From contig NC_058383.1 of assembly GCF_018350175.1 (NCBI RefSeq), forward strand, positions 23,934,001 to 23,998,000: 64,000 nt of DNA, read 5' to 3'. Both the position numbers and the translations under genes were made by a program. Numbering within the stretch: the first letter of the stretch is position 1; every line of letters starts with the position of its first letter. Below, piece after piece: positions 36,705 through 50,547 of this stretch. The notes under the pieces are model-generated. The model was not told the DNA's origin and ran no database searches. It saw nothing but the letters and a program-made list of their open reading frames with translations. The stretch comes from Felis catus. Its lineage: Eukaryota.

Positions 36705-37145
36705 GAGGGAGAGAGAGGATCCAAGAGGGCTCTGCGCTGGTAGCAGAAAGCCCGAGGCAGGGTTCCAACCTACGAACCGTGAGATCATGACCTAAGCCGA
36801 AGTTGGATATATAACTCCACCCGGGCACCCCATATTTACAAAAGTATTTTAATCAAAGGGCTGAATGTTAAAAACTCTACAGCCTTCAATCACAGAAAGG
36901 TTAGTCTGTGGACAATGATCAAGAAGTAAACAAGCAATACAGCAGACAAGAATGGCTCTCAATCATGCAAGATTCCTGGCCAAAAAGAGCCATAAAATTA
37001 GGGAATTTAGAACTAGAAGGACTCTCAGAGATCATGAATCCTAATCTCCCGAAGTTAGAGTTTGATGGATACGGAGGCCCAGAGGAATGAAGTGATAAGT
37101 CCAAGGGACACAAAGTGACTAGCAGTGCCAAAACTGAAACTCAGG

Positions 37146-37357
37146 TTTTTGTTTTTTTTTTTTTAAATATTTATTTTTGACAGAGAGAGAGAGCATGAGC
37201 GGGAGAGGGGCAGAGAGAGAGGGAGACAGAATCAGAACCAGGCTCCAGGCTCCAAGCTGTCAGCCCAGAGCCCGACGTGGGGCTCGAACTCACAAACTGC
37301 AAGATCATGACCTGAGCCAAAGTCGGACGCTCAACCGACTGAGCCACCCAGGTGCCC
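37146..37357 (-). mobile_element. CanSINE
   Basis: TSD TGAAACTCAGGTTTTT on both sides. Confidence 0.93.
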
Positions 37358-37739
37358 TTGAAACTCAGGTTTTTAACCACTCCTCAACTATTCCTACCAT
37401 GTGATGCTGACTTCCTGAACACTATTCACTAAGAAAAGAATGAATAGTATTCCTAAAAATACCATCAGAAACCTTTAGATTTATATCAGAGCAGACTTAA
37501 TTACAACTTTGTAAGCACGATGACAGTGAGTCTAAGAGGAACCTTCACAGGAGGTCAATACAAAGTGGGAGACGATATTTTTGTCGGTTCATAGGAGTAA
37601 CTCCCACACCCACATTTCTCATAAATGTTCAAGGAATATGCCAGTCCCAGCTCATCCTTAAAGATATATCCCAATTTCTTTGTCTCAACAAAAAGATTCC
37701 CTGCTTTAGGCCCTTATCCTATCGCCAAGGAAAGTTTTG

Positions 37740-37769
37740 GTTATTTAAAAAAGTTTTTTTAATGTTTAA

Positions 37770-37860
<91 letters not shown>

Positions 37861-38018
37861 GTGAGCGTGTGCAAGCGGGGGAGGGGTAGACAGAGAGGGA
37901 GACAGAATCTGATACAGGTTCCATGTGACAGCCGGACATGGGGCTTGAACCCATGAACCGTGAGATTATGACTGAGCCGAAGTCGGATGCTCAATCAATT
38001 GAGCCACCCAGGTGACCC
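37740..38018 (-). mobile_element. CanSINE containing compound (GT)n(GA)n microsatellite (37772-37855)
   Basis: SINE body with expanded dinucleotide tracts. Confidence 0.92.
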
Positions 38019-39444
38019 AAACTTTTTGGTTAAATTCTACTCTCAAATATTACAATAACACTGATATCACTGATATCTGTCTTATTTATTTGCATAATAC
38101 AGAAAATGTGCACCACCATCTTCTTAGAAAGGAATTTGTAGGGTGTGTCACAATAAATAAATAACTTTGTTGAGGGTATAGCAAAGGTTCCATTGTATGA
38201 CTTCCAGGTCTGTCAAAATAACTTCTTTTTCCAACTAGTTGATATCTCAATATTAAATAATTCAACATCATTTATTTAATAAATTATACTCCCTCAATTT
38301 ACATAAGTAAAATAATTCTGATATTAAATCAAGTTCTAAACTATTTAATCATATTGTCCACTGACCTAACTAGGAGACGTCACATCACAGTGATTGGAAT
38401 TCAGGCTCTGGATTGAGATTCCAGGCCCATCCCTTACTGGTCATGAGATTTTAGCCAAGTTATCTAATCTCTGTGTGCCTCAGTTTCCTCAACTATTAAC
38501 GAGGAAAACAACAAAATGACTTCATAGTGCTGTATTGCTTACAAGGGGGAATATGTGTAAAGCACTCAGAACAAATGCCTGATACAGAGTAAGAAGTTGG
38601 TAAATGTTAAATATTATTGATATATTGCTATTTCACTATAAGTATATACTTTAAGAAATGAAACAATCTGTGGTATTCCACATTCCTTCTAAATTTATTG
38701 TTCTCTCACAGTACCTTTCAGTTCCTTGCTTTCTTGGGTGTAAGATGAAGACATCATAAATAAGTGTCCAATTTATGTAGATCTATTGATCTACATAATT
38801 ATTAAAAACAAATCACAGCTGAAAAAGTTTAGAGTCCTGAAAATGCAAAGAAAGTGAGTTTAACACAGAGATGATTTTTCTGTGTTTATTCTGTGCTGTT
38901 AGCATGGTCCCTCAATTATAAAAGAGGATGGAGAGGAGAGCTTTAGAAAAAGACAAAAGTTCCAATTCTGATGGCTGCTCTTCTATTTAATCTTTAAGAG
39001 GAGTTTGTGTTCTTACTGTAGTTATATTTGGCTTCAGATTGAAAATGTAAAGTAGTATCTCCCTCAGTTTCACTACCTAAGCTTTCACAGAAATACATAA
39101 ATAAAACATCCATCCCCCATTAATTAGCTTACATTTGTGGTAGCTGTGAACTCCTAAGCAAAGACATGGTGGTCTACGGAAACCATACATTAGAGAAAGT
39201 CTCAGCTGAATTTGTGAGGCCTGGAACTACGCCATGAGATATTCCTGACTTTTCTGTCCAAGTCTGGGAGGCATGGTGCACTAGGCCAAGCTTTCATTAA
39301 TTCAGCAAATAGTGAGCACATGCTCTGTGCAATACAATGTGGGAAGTATGAAGAGAAACACAGATATGAACCTTGTATTTCCAGAGGTTATAATATATAC
39401 AGAGAGTTAAGACGAACACTTAAAGAAAATGAAAAAGCACAATT

Positions 39445-40420
39445 ATGAGGTCATTGAACATATATATATATTGGTCTCTACCTCTGAGCCCCTAAAATCC
39501 TTATAATTTCCAAAGTGATAAGAACACTAGGACCATCTCCCATTTTTATATTGGCCTTTGTTCCTGACACAGGTCTCCTGAAACCTTTGTAATTTCCTGG
39601 GTGATGGGAGTGTCTTTTTTCTAATGAGGCAACTGGGGAGGGGGGGAGCGGGGTGCACTCCTGGAAGAGGCCTGGTCAAGGGAAACACAAAGCAGTGACT
39701 AGAAGCTTGTAAATTTCAGTCCCGCCCCCCATTCTCCTGAGAAAAGAGATGAACATGGAGTTAGTGATCAATCATGTCTACAAGATGAAGCCTCCATAAA
39801 ATCTCAGAGGTACAGGGTATGGAGAGCTTCCGAGTCGGTACTGGGAGACGAGCATTCCCAGAGAGATCATGGAAGCTCCGCAGCCCTTCCCACATTCCTT
39901 GCCCTATGCGTCTCTTCCATCTTATGTTCATCTATATCCTTTATCATATCTTTTTACCATAAACTGGTAAGTGAAAGTGTTTCCCTAAGTTCTGTGAGCC
40001 GCTCTAGCAAACTAACTGAACCCAAGGAGGGGGTCATTGGAACCTCCAATTTATAGCCAAGCACAGGTGAGAAGCACAGGTGATAGCCGAGTTGGCAACT
40101 GGCATTTGAAGTGCGTGTCTGGGAGGCAGGTTGGGAGGGGCAGTCTTGCGGGAGTGAGCCCTTAACCTGTGGGGTCCAACACTGTCTTTGGATAGTGTCA
40201 GAACTGAGTACAATTGTAGGACATCCAGCTGGTGTCACAGAGAACTAGTTGTGTGTTTTGTGTGTGGGGGAACCTCCACACATTTGGTGACCAGAAGTGT
40301 CCGAGGTGAAGTGTGCTGTGTGAGTAGTAAAGGAGACTCACAGGAAAGAAAAACATGGTAGGGAAAAACTGGGTTTTTGCCTACACAGGAAGGAAAAACC
40401 TGAGTTTTACCTTTATAACA
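39445..40420 (+). mobile_element. Solo LTR, MER21-like
   Basis: Recalled MER21 motifs TTCTGTGAGCCGCTCTAGCAAA...GAACCCAAGGAGGGGGTC and GAGCCCTTAACCTGTGGG...GATAGTGTCAGAA; boundaries approximate. Confidence 0.7.
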
Positions 40421-40753
40421 ATAGATAGCAGGATGTGATCTAATGCCAAGAGAATTGTGCAGCCTAGAGAGATTAGGAATCTGAAGATATGTACTCTAAC
40501 CACAGACACACTATTCATGGAATTTTGAGCAAGAAACTTCACTTTTTTAGATCTATGCCTGAATTTACAAATGAATTATTTCTTAAGGGGTTCCTGATAA
40601 CTCTTCACAATTGTTTAAATTGAGGTTTATTGAGGTAAACTTCAGATACAATAAAATCCGCCACTTTTATGTGTACAATTCAGTGAGTTTCGGCAACTGT
40701 GCACAGCCATCTCAGTTATGACGTAGAAGATCACCACAAAAAACTCCCTCATA

Positions 40754-40864
40754 TTTTGGGATGAGCACTGGGTGTTGTATGGAAACCAATTTGACAATAA
40801 ATTTCATATATTAAAAAAAATAAATAAACCTTTACGCCTCTGTGCGCGTGCACGCGCACACGCA

Positions 40865-40909
<45 letters not shown>

Positions 40910-40910
40910 C
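40754..40910 (+). mobile_element. Very short felid L1 3' end plus extra sequence and (CA)n, inserted in an old L1ME fragment
   Basis: GGGATGAGCACTGGGTGTTGTATGGAAACCAATTTGACAATAAA, with CTCCCTCATA on both sides. Confidence 0.75.
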
Positions 40911-42114
40911 CTCCCTCATAATCCTTTGCAGCCGATCCCCTCCCCTAAGCTCCCAAGATAGTTCTGCTTTCTATTACTACAGTTTTGCCTCTTGCAGAAT
41001 TGCATATAAATAGAATCATAAACTGTTTGCTATTATGAATAAAGCTGCTACAAACTACAAATATTTGCATACAGGTCTTTGTGTAGATATGTGTGATGGT
41101 GTGCATTATCCAATCCGTTCAGGGCCCGAATAAAACAAAAGGCTAAAGGAAGGAGGAATTCACTATTTCACAACCCAGAGATCAAGACCTAAGCTGACCT
41201 GAGATCAAGAGTTGGATGCTTAACCAACTGAATCACCCAGGTGCCCCTGAAGTTTTTTTAAGTAAACTCTATGTCCAACTTGGGGCTCAAACTCACCCCC
41301 CTGAGATCAACAGTTACAAGCTCTACCGACTGATCCAGTCAGGTGCCCCTTGCCTTTAAAGTTTTTCTTTTCTTTCTCTCTCTCATTTCTTTCTCTGTTT
41401 TTGCCTTTAAAGTTTCTTAACAGTGGTTTTCGAAGGACATATGTTTTAAATTTTACAGAGCCCAACTTACAAATCTCTTATCCTGCCTTCTATGACTACT
41501 TAGCAGAAGAGAGAGCGTACCCTACAGTTCCAATCCAAAACTGAGATTTAGGCAATCAGACTATATCAGGTAAGACATCAGAATAATAAACTCTCATTTA
41601 GTAGATGAGATAAATAAACTCACTGCTTAGGCGTACTCAATTTTCCTTATCATGTCTGGATAGATAGCTAAAAAGGACATTACTACCTCAACCACTTTCA
41701 AGGACAAATATACACTGTAAGAGTAGCTCTTCATTCCTTATTTAAACAAAACTCACTGCCTAACCTGGATGCTTAGAAAATATCAATTGCATTACGTTTC
41801 GAAGATCAACTCATTGCAAAATCTATTCACTAAGTAAATAGCTGGTAATATACAAAGAATAATAAAGGGATGACAAACAGATCTGGAAAGGGTTACTATA
41901 TCACATCAGTAAGCCTCAGTTGATAAAACCAAGATTACTACAAAGTACAATTCTTATAAAACCAAATCTTGCCAACAACAACAAAATATACAAAACATTA
42001 TCAAGGAGTTCTTCGAGTTTATTCCCAAGTCACCTTTTACGTCTCCACATTCTTTCTAGGCAATCTCAAGTAGGTTCACACATTCAATTATCACATATAA
42101 GCCTATGTCTCACA

Positions 42115-43390
42115 AATTTTTTCTGGTGAGAATGCTGAAGATCTACTCTCTGAGCAAATTTCAAGTACACAATACAGTATTACAGAGTCACCATGCTGTA
42201 CATTAGATCCTAGGAACTTACTCATCTGATAACTGAAAATCTGTAACTTCTAATCAGCTTCTCCTCATTCCCCCTACTCCCTGGCAACCACCATTCTACT
42301 CTGTTTCTAGAAGGGCAACTTTTTTTTTTTTTTTTTTAAGATTTCTTATACAAGTGATACCATAAAGTATTTGTCTTTCTCTGTCTGACTTACTTCACTT
42401 AGTATAATGCCCTCCAGCTTTATCCATTTTGTCACAGATGCCAGAATTTCCTTTTTTTTTTTTAATGTTTATTTATTTTTGAGGGAGAGCGAGAATATCC
42501 CAACCAGGTTCCATGCAGTCAGTGCAGAGCCCGCAGTTGGGCTCAATCCCATGAACTGTGAGATCATGGCCTGAGACGAAATCAAGAGTCAGGTGCTTAA
42601 CCGGCTGAGCCACCCAGGTACCCTTCCTTCTTTTTTTTTTCATGGGTGAATAATGTTCCATTATACACATACCACATTTCTGTGTCCATTTATCTGCTGA
42701 TGGACTCTTAGACTGTTTTCATATTCTGGCTATGTAAATAATGTTACAATAAACATGGGAATGCAGGTATTTCTTCAAATATCAAATCATTTCTTCAAAT
42801 GATTTTGTTTCCTTCAGATACATACTCAGAAGTGAAATTGCTTGATCATATATGGTAGCTCTTTTACTTTTCTGAAGAACCTCCATACTGTCTTCCACAG
42901 TGGCTATGGCAATTTACACTCCCACCAAGTATGTACAAGGGTTCCTTTTTCTCCACATCATCACCAACATTTGTTATCTTGTCTTTGATAATAGCTATCC
43001 TAATACGTTGAGGTGATATCTCACTGTGGTTTTGATTTCCCTGATTATTAGGGAGAAAATATTGTTAAAATGTCCCTATTACCTAGATTGATCTACAGAT
43101 TCAATGTAATCCCTACCAAAATTCTAATGGCATTTTTATAGAAATAGGAAAAAAAATCCTAAAATTCATATGAAACCACAAAAGACTCTAAATGGCCAAA
43201 GCAATCTTGAGAAAGGACAAAGCTGGAGCACATCACACTTCCTGATTTCAAACGATGCTGCAAAGCTATAGTTATCAACAGTATAGTACTCACATAAAAA
43301 CAGACACAGGGAATAATAATGGAGCAGAATAGAGAGCCCAGAAATAAATCCATGCATATACAGCCAACTAATCTTTGGACAAGGAGTGAT
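42115..43390 (-). mobile_element. L1M(A/B) 3' segment with an inverted ORF2 piece (43051-43390 +) and a SINE at 42452-42623
   Basis: Antisense L1 3'UTR and ORF2 end to ~43050, then sense ORF2 relic (NIVKMS...IYRFN...). Confidence 0.8.
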
Positions 43391-43885
43391 TCTGAATACT
43401 GTATGGTGTCAACTGTACTTGTCTCCAGTGGATTTATATCTGAGCCCAAGAAGGATGCAAAGGTTGTCGTGGGGGTTGGGAGGGATAAAAGGGAGCGAGT
43501 TCCATTAAAAGTCTGTAGGATACTGGAGGAAGTGGCAATCTATCTGCGATGGCTCTGGTCAAGATGTAACATAAAATGGAAGTATATCTCCCATTTCAGG
43601 AGAACACACTGTACCTAATTTCAATACCCTGTCATTTGGAGGATACCAGTCTATCAACATTTAACAGACAGGAAACAGTGGTGCCTAGTGGATGCAGCAG
43701 TATCCAGCAAAAGCAGTGGTGCTAAGGTGACGGATAGATGCCATGCTACCCAGTATAAATACCATCAATGCCTGGATATACCCAATGGTACTTCACTAAA
43801 GTAAGATTTTGCACAGAGGCCAACCAGACTTGTTCTCCTGGAGAAATAATTGGGAGAAGGTAAGAGTTTTCAGAAGCCTGGAATC

Positions 43886-44771
43886 TTTTTATTTTTTTAT
43901 TTTTTTAATTTTTTTTTTCAACGTTTATTTATTTTTGGGACAGAGAGAGACAGAGCATGAACGGGGGAGGGGCAGAGAGAGAGGGAGACACAGAATCGGA
44001 AACAGGCTCCAGGCTCTGAGCCATCAGCCCAGAGCCCGACGCGGGGCTCGAACTCATGGACCGCGAGATCGTGACCTGGCTGAAGTCGGACGCTTAACCG
44101 ACTGCGCCACCCAGGCGCCCCCAGAAGCCTGGAATCTTGTAGTAGGAAGTGAATATAAGACTCAGCTACATACAGGTTACATTTACAGACCTTTAATTAC
44201 TTATACTAGAGATAATGAACCTAAGAGAAAAAACAGGGGCGCCTGGGTGGCTCAATGGGTTGGGCTTCTGACTTTGGCTCAGGTCATGATCTCACTGTTC
44301 GTGGGTCTGAGCCCTCCAATTGGGCTCTGTGCTGACATCTCAGAGCTGGGAGCCTGCAGCCTGCTTCAAATTCTGTGTCTCCCTTTCAATGTGCCCCTCC
44401 CCTGCTCATGCTCTATCTCTCTCTCTCTCTCTCAAAAATGAATAAATATGTAGAAAAAATTAAAAAAAGAAAAAACATCTTTAAGAAAGAATGGATTTAG
44501 CATTTACCAAAGACAAATGCCTTTGACATATTTAAAGAATTTTAGTTATGGGGGTGCTTGGGTGGCTCAGTTGGTTAAATGCCTGACTCTTGGTTTTGGC
44601 TCTGGTCATGATTTCACAGTTTGTGGGTTTGAGCCCCACATCAGTCTCTGTGCTGATGGTATGGAGCCTGCTTGGGATTCTCTGCCTCTTTCTCTCATTA
44701 TTATGCCTCCCACTCATGCTGTCTCTGTCTCTCTCAAAATAAAATAAACTTAAAAAATTAAAAAAAAAAAA
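43886..44771. mobile_element. Three CanSINEs (43886-44121 -, 44236-44470 +, 44550-44771 +)
   Basis: The first is young, with perfect TSD CAGAAGCCTGGAATCTT (43871-43887, 44122-44138). Confidence 0.93.
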
Positions 44772-46024
44772 GAATTTTAATTATGTACTAAGACCCAAAT
44801 TATTCCCCTAAAAATGTGGAAAAATATTTGTGAATAGTCTTTAGAAAAAAGAAAAGTGTTCAACTGGTAGATTCTTCTAAATACTCAAGGTAGAGGAACA
44901 AAGATTGAGTTTTGCTTCTTATCACATGCCTAAATAAATGTTTTGGTGAGATATATATGTATTCAATTGCATAGCATTGCTCTAACATAAATGCAAATAT
45001 TGCTTACTAAGAGTTGAGATACAAAGAAAATTAACAAAGGACACTGTTTCAGTAAGAGATTAAGAAAACTTGAGGACATCTTCCGAGATTCACCACTGAC
45101 CAATACAAAGAGAACGAAGGAGAGTGAGGCTTTAGATCTGGGTTAAGAGTAGAATATCATTTATCTGTGATGAATATATAATATTCCATGGAATTTAACC
45201 TTTAAGGAACAATTGGCAGAAATGATACTGGACTTTCTCCAGTCATCTCACCAATGATAAATGACTTTCTTTTCCTTTTCCTGTATTTAAACTAAACTTT
45301 GAATATGTACTACATACCTTTGCTACAAATGTACAAAAGGTATAATGTAGAGCAGTAAGTAAATTTCTCTTTAGTGACTGGCCTCTAACCACCCAGTTCC
45401 TTTCCCTTGAAGCAACAAACATGGTTAACACTTTCTTGTGTACCTTTATAAGAATAACACATAATTAAATATGTGTGTGTGTGCATGCGCGCACACATTC
45501 TTTATCTTAAAAATGCCCATGTGGTCATGGTAACATACATACCGTTCTACAACTTGCTTTCTAAAAATTATTATTAAATACTTAGTAAACATAAAGAACA
45601 TTTATGAAATACACACAAGGCTAAAAAAATCCACAAACACTCATGCACCCATATACACATGCTAGTTTTAAGGAAACAAACAAAAAACCAATTATCACTT
45701 TTTCAATCCCCTATGTTGCGCTCCCTAATTTCTTTCCTCTCCCCTGAGGTAATCACTTTCCTTGATTTTGTGTTTATTAATTTCCTTGCTTGTAGTTTTG
45801 CAATTTTTTTCCCTAAACATATTTAGTTTTGTGTCTCTGAGCTTCATATAAACAGAATCTTCTTATATGTACACTTACATGACTTGCTTTTCTTACTCAA
45901 CACAACTAAGATTCATTCAGATTGTTGCGTGGCTGTAATTCATTCCTTTGCACGGCTGCATACTATTCTAAATTTTATTCTACTCCAGTTTCTAGTGGGC
46001 CATTGCTTTGCTCTGTGTTCATGA

Positions 46025-46497
46025 TTATATGAGAGAGTGTGAATGAGGGAGGGGCAGAGAGAGGGGAACAGAGGATCCGAAGCTGGCTCTGTGCCAACAG
46101 CAGTGAGCCCAATGTAGGGCTTGAACTCACAAATCGTGAGGTCATAACCTGAGCTGAAGTTGGATGCCCAACCGACCGAGCTACCCAGAAGTCCCTGTAT
46201 TCATGATTATAAATGGTACTATGTCTCTTGGGCAAACAGCAAGAGTTCCTCTAGAATATATTAACAAGAGGGGTGCCTGGGTGGCTCAGTCAGTTGAGTG
46301 TCTGGCTTCGGCTCAGGTCATGATCTGACGGTTTGTGAGTTGGAGCCCCAAGTGGGGCTCTGTGCTGACAGCTCAGAGCCTGGAGCCTGCTTCGGATTCT
46401 GTGTCTCCCTCTCTCTCTGCTCCTCTCCTGTTCGTGCTCTCTGTCTCTCAAAAATAAATAAACATTTAAAAAATTAAAAAAAAAAAAAGGAAAAAAT
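46025..46497. mobile_element. Head-to-head CanSINE pair (46030-46195 -, 46270-46497 +) within old L1 relics
   Basis: Two SINE bodies, each with a flanking duplication. Confidence 0.9.
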
Positions 46498-47509
46498 TAG
46501 AATATATTAACAAGAAAAAACTACTAGGGTATAAAACACAGTTATCTTTAGATTTACTAGACGAGACACCAAATTGTTTTCAAAAGAGGTTGGGCCAAAT
46601 CTACCTACCAGCAGGATGTGTGTTCCAGTTACTCTATATCCTTACCAACATCTGACAGTGCCTGTATCTTGCTGTTTCACTTCATAATGTGTTATGGAGA
46701 AGTTTATACATTAGAATACATAGAGCTGCCTCACTCTTAAAATGGCTTCATAGTATGCTAGCATACAGATATACCATATTGCATTTATATAGTTTTCTAT
46801 TGATGGGACTTTCTAGTATTTCTCCTTATTAGATTATTTCCAATCTTTTTTTCTCCAATATTTTTCTATTTCTTTTTTCTCTTTTTAAAAGACCTTATTT
46901 TTAAGTAATCTTTATACCCAACAGGGGCCCAAGATCAAAAGTCACATGCTCCACTGACTGAGCCAGCCAGGCGACCCCAGTTTTTTTCAGTTTCAAACAG
47001 AAAAAAACATAATGCAATGAACAGCCTTACATATTTGCCACAAAATTCATTTGACACATGAAACTATATCTGTAGAATAAATTCCTAGAAATAAAATTTC
47101 TGGGTTAAGCAGTATGTGCATATAAAACGATAGATATTGCCAAATTTTCCTCTATGGAAGTTTTATATTAACTTACCCTCAACCAACAATTAATTCCTAT
47201 TTCATCACATCCTCATCAATACAATATTTACCAAACTTTTTGATCTCTGCCAATATGAGAGATGAATAATGGTATCTCACGATAGTTTTAATTTCTGTTC
47301 TCTGTGAGAGGTGGAACAACTTTAAGGGGCATTTGTAGAAATGTTACTGAAATTAGCTGGTCATATCTTTTGCTTTTTAAAACTGAGTTGTTGATTTTTC
47401 CCAACTGATGTGTAAGAGTTCTTTAAATATTAAAGAAATTAGTCATTTGTCTATGATTTGAGCTACGAGATCCTAGATATTTTGAAATCTCCTGCTCTAG
47501 AGATAGACA

Positions 47510-47691
47510 TCTCTCTCTCTCTTTAGACAGAAAGAAAGAGGGCTGGAGGGAGATAGGGGCAGAGGGAGAAGGGAGAGAGAATCTCTCAGCATGGAGCCTG
47601 ACGTGGTGCTCAATCTCAGGACTGTGAGATCATGACCTGAGCAGAAATCAAGAGTCAGGTGCTTAACTGGCTGAGCTAACTCAGGTGCCCC
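47510..47691 (-). mobile_element. CanSINE
   Basis: Reverse-complement head and body. Confidence 0.8.
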
Positions 47692-48197
47692 TAGAGATAG
47701 GTTTGTTTTCAATACTTGCTTCTAATCATAGAGATGATCAGACTTATAGAGGAACATCCAATTACATTTGGCAAGAATGATGTTTCTTAAACACTGCAAC
47801 TATTTTCTTTTGGGCTTAATATTTTAAATAACCAAGTATCTGGTGCTGATACTTCTTTTGAACAGTCCTATTTCTAGCTTTGTAACAGCTTAAGGGCAAC
47901 CATTATCTTATGTCCTAGAGAACAAATGAAGTATGTTGTTTACAGACCACAAGGCAGAATGTTGACAGAAGGCACCAAAGCAAAACCCAATGCAATTAAT
48001 ATCACTTACACTAGCTTAAGAGGGGTTTTCCTTTTTGCTTCCAAAATGAAAGTCAGTGTTTGAAAAAAATACTTCCACAGAGTGCTTTCCAAGGTGAACT
48101 CTCTAGCCACAAAACAGAAATATCAATCAATGAAACAGAATCAAACACACCTCAACAGACCAACTATATATAAGATGGCACTAGAAATCAATGGAAA

Positions 48198-49373
48198 GGG
48201 GACACCTGGCTGGCTCAGTCGGAGGGACTCTCTACCTCTCTGCCCCTTCCCTGTGTGTCTTTTCTCTCCCTCCTTCTCTCTCTCAAAACAATTAAATAAA
48301 ACTTAAAGAAAAAAAAATCAATGGAAAGAATGGATTATTTAGTAAACTGTTTTGGACAGTCAATTTACCATTTAGAAAAGAAGAAATGGGGAGCCTGGGT
48401 GGCTCAGGTCATGATCTCACGGTTTGTGAGTTCAAGCCCCATGTCAGGCTCTGTGCTGACAGCTCAGAGCTTGGAGCCTGCTTTGGATTCTGTGTCTGCC
48501 TCTCTCTCTTCCCCTCCCCTGCTCATGCTCTGTCTCAAAAATAAATAAAACATTTAAAAAATTAAAAAAAAAAAGAAGAAATGAATTAATGCACCAAAAT
48601 AAGATGGCAGATGAATATAAAAATTAAAATCACTGAAGTAAAAAAAAAAAGAAAAAAAATATGCGTGTTGACTGTCTGGTCTTAGAAATAGAGAAAACCT
48701 TTCTATCTATATATGCAAAGTCAGACTCTACTAATAAAATGACCATGACTGTATTTTAAAGGTAAACAACATGGGGCGCCTGGGTGGCGCAGTCGGTTAA
48801 GCGTCCGACTTCAGCCAGGTCACGATCTCGCAGTCTGTGAGTTCGAGCCCCACGTCAGGCTCTGGGCTGATGGCTCAGAGCCTGGAGCCTGTTTCCGATT
48901 CTGTGTCTCCCTCTCTCTCTGCCCCTCCCCCATTCATGCTCTGTCTCTCTCTGTCCCAAAAATAAAAAATAAACGTTGAAAAAAAAAATAAAGGTAAACA
49001 ACAGCCTTTGTACAATACATATGAAAGACTAATATTCTATATAATGAGGCCTTACAAATCAACATGAAACCAAACACCAAAATTGAAAAATGGACAAGAA
49101 GATGAGCAAACAATTCATAGAAGATTGTATACAGAACACTGAAAGTATTAAAAAAAAAATTTTTTTTTTTAACGTTTATTTATTTTTGGGACAGAGAGAG
49201 ACAGAGCATGAACGGGGGAGGGGCAGAGAGACAGGGAGACACAGAATCGGAAGCAGGCTCCAGGCTCTGAGCCATCAGCCCAGAGCCTGATGCGGGGCTC
49301 GAACTCACAGACTGCTAGATTGTGACCTGAGCTGAAGTCGGACGCTCAACCGACTGAGCCACCCAGGCGCCCC
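48198..49373. mobile_element. Four CanSINEs (48198-48318 +, 48388-48573 +, 48773-48990 +, 49158-49373 -)
   Basis: The last two are young and tail-to-tail; TSD TAAAGGTAAACAACA flanks 48773-48990. Confidence 0.92.
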
Positions 49374-50267
49374 TAAATATTTTAATGTTCACTCTTTCTA
49401 GTAATCAAAGAAATGCAGATCAAAATATTTTTATTTTTGACTACTAACTTGGCAAAAACTAAAAATACAAAAACTAAACAAAAAAATAGGTTGAGGGAGT
49501 GCAGTAAAGCATTCTCCAATAAGACAAAATTCTAAATGTATTTCTCAGGGGAATCTGGCAACATATACTGAAACCTTTAAAAATGTCTGTATCTTCCCAT
49601 CTAATACATATAAGAATTTAGAATATGGTCAAAGTGCCATTTCAAAGCATCAGGACAAAAAAATGTGCTAGTCAATGAATAGTACTGGAGCAACTGGCTA
49701 TAGCTGGGAAGAAAATAAAGCTAATTATTTTAAAGTATGGGTAAAAATAAATTCAAGATGCTTCACAAAGCAAAATATAGAAAACAAAAACAAAAACTAC
49801 ATTTGGAGTAGGAAAGTCCTTTCAAAGTAAGAACCCCAAACTCTAAACCCATAAATTGATATACAAAATTCTAAACTTTTTCCTTTATGACAAAAGAAAC
49901 AATAAACAATACTGGAAAATAAACTTGAAAAATAATGTGAGATTGGGAGAAAATATTTACAACTATTTAACAGTTTAATATCTGGAATATTTGAATAGGT
50001 ACTAGAAATCAATAAGAAAAAATTAAAAACTTCATGTATACAAACAGAAGATGAAATATAAGTGACCAATAATACGAAAAGATGTTCAATCTTATAATAA
50101 AGAAATGCAAATGAAGACAAAATACCATTTTTTGCTCATCAAATTGGCAACAATTAGAAAGACTTATACCATCCAGTACTGGAAAAGGTATGGAGAAATG
50201 AATACCATGTCATACAATGTTGGGATGGTGGGAAAAAACTGGTGTAGCCTCTAGGGAAAGCAATTTG

Positions 50268-50307
<40 letters not shown>
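50268..50307 (+). repeat. (AAT)n microsatellite
   Basis: About 13 units. Confidence 0.95.
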
Positions 50308-50308
<1 letters not shown>

Positions 50309-50547
50309 GCAGTAGCAACACCCGTTAATGCTTATAGAGTACAAACAGGTCCCAAGTACTATTCTAAGGGCTTAAGATATGCTAGTTCGTTTCATCTCTT
50401 TACAATAACTGTGACGTAGCTACTATTATTTCTCCATATTGTAAATGAAGAAGCTGATGTCGAGTAACAACTTACACAAAGATGCTGAAGCTAGGGAGTT
50501 TGGCTCTAGCCACTGCTACTATCCACTAGGCTATACTATACCATACT

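Noticed and set aside
43390..43870. Possible processed pseudogene after the inverted L1
   Set aside because: No recognisable protein in any frame and no poly(A)/TSD signature.
43809..44441. Longest ORF (210 aa) and the recurring GQRETEHERGRGRERGRHRIG peptide (also at 10973, 33049, 49090)
   Set aside because: Read-through of CanSINE sequence; no splice or homology support.
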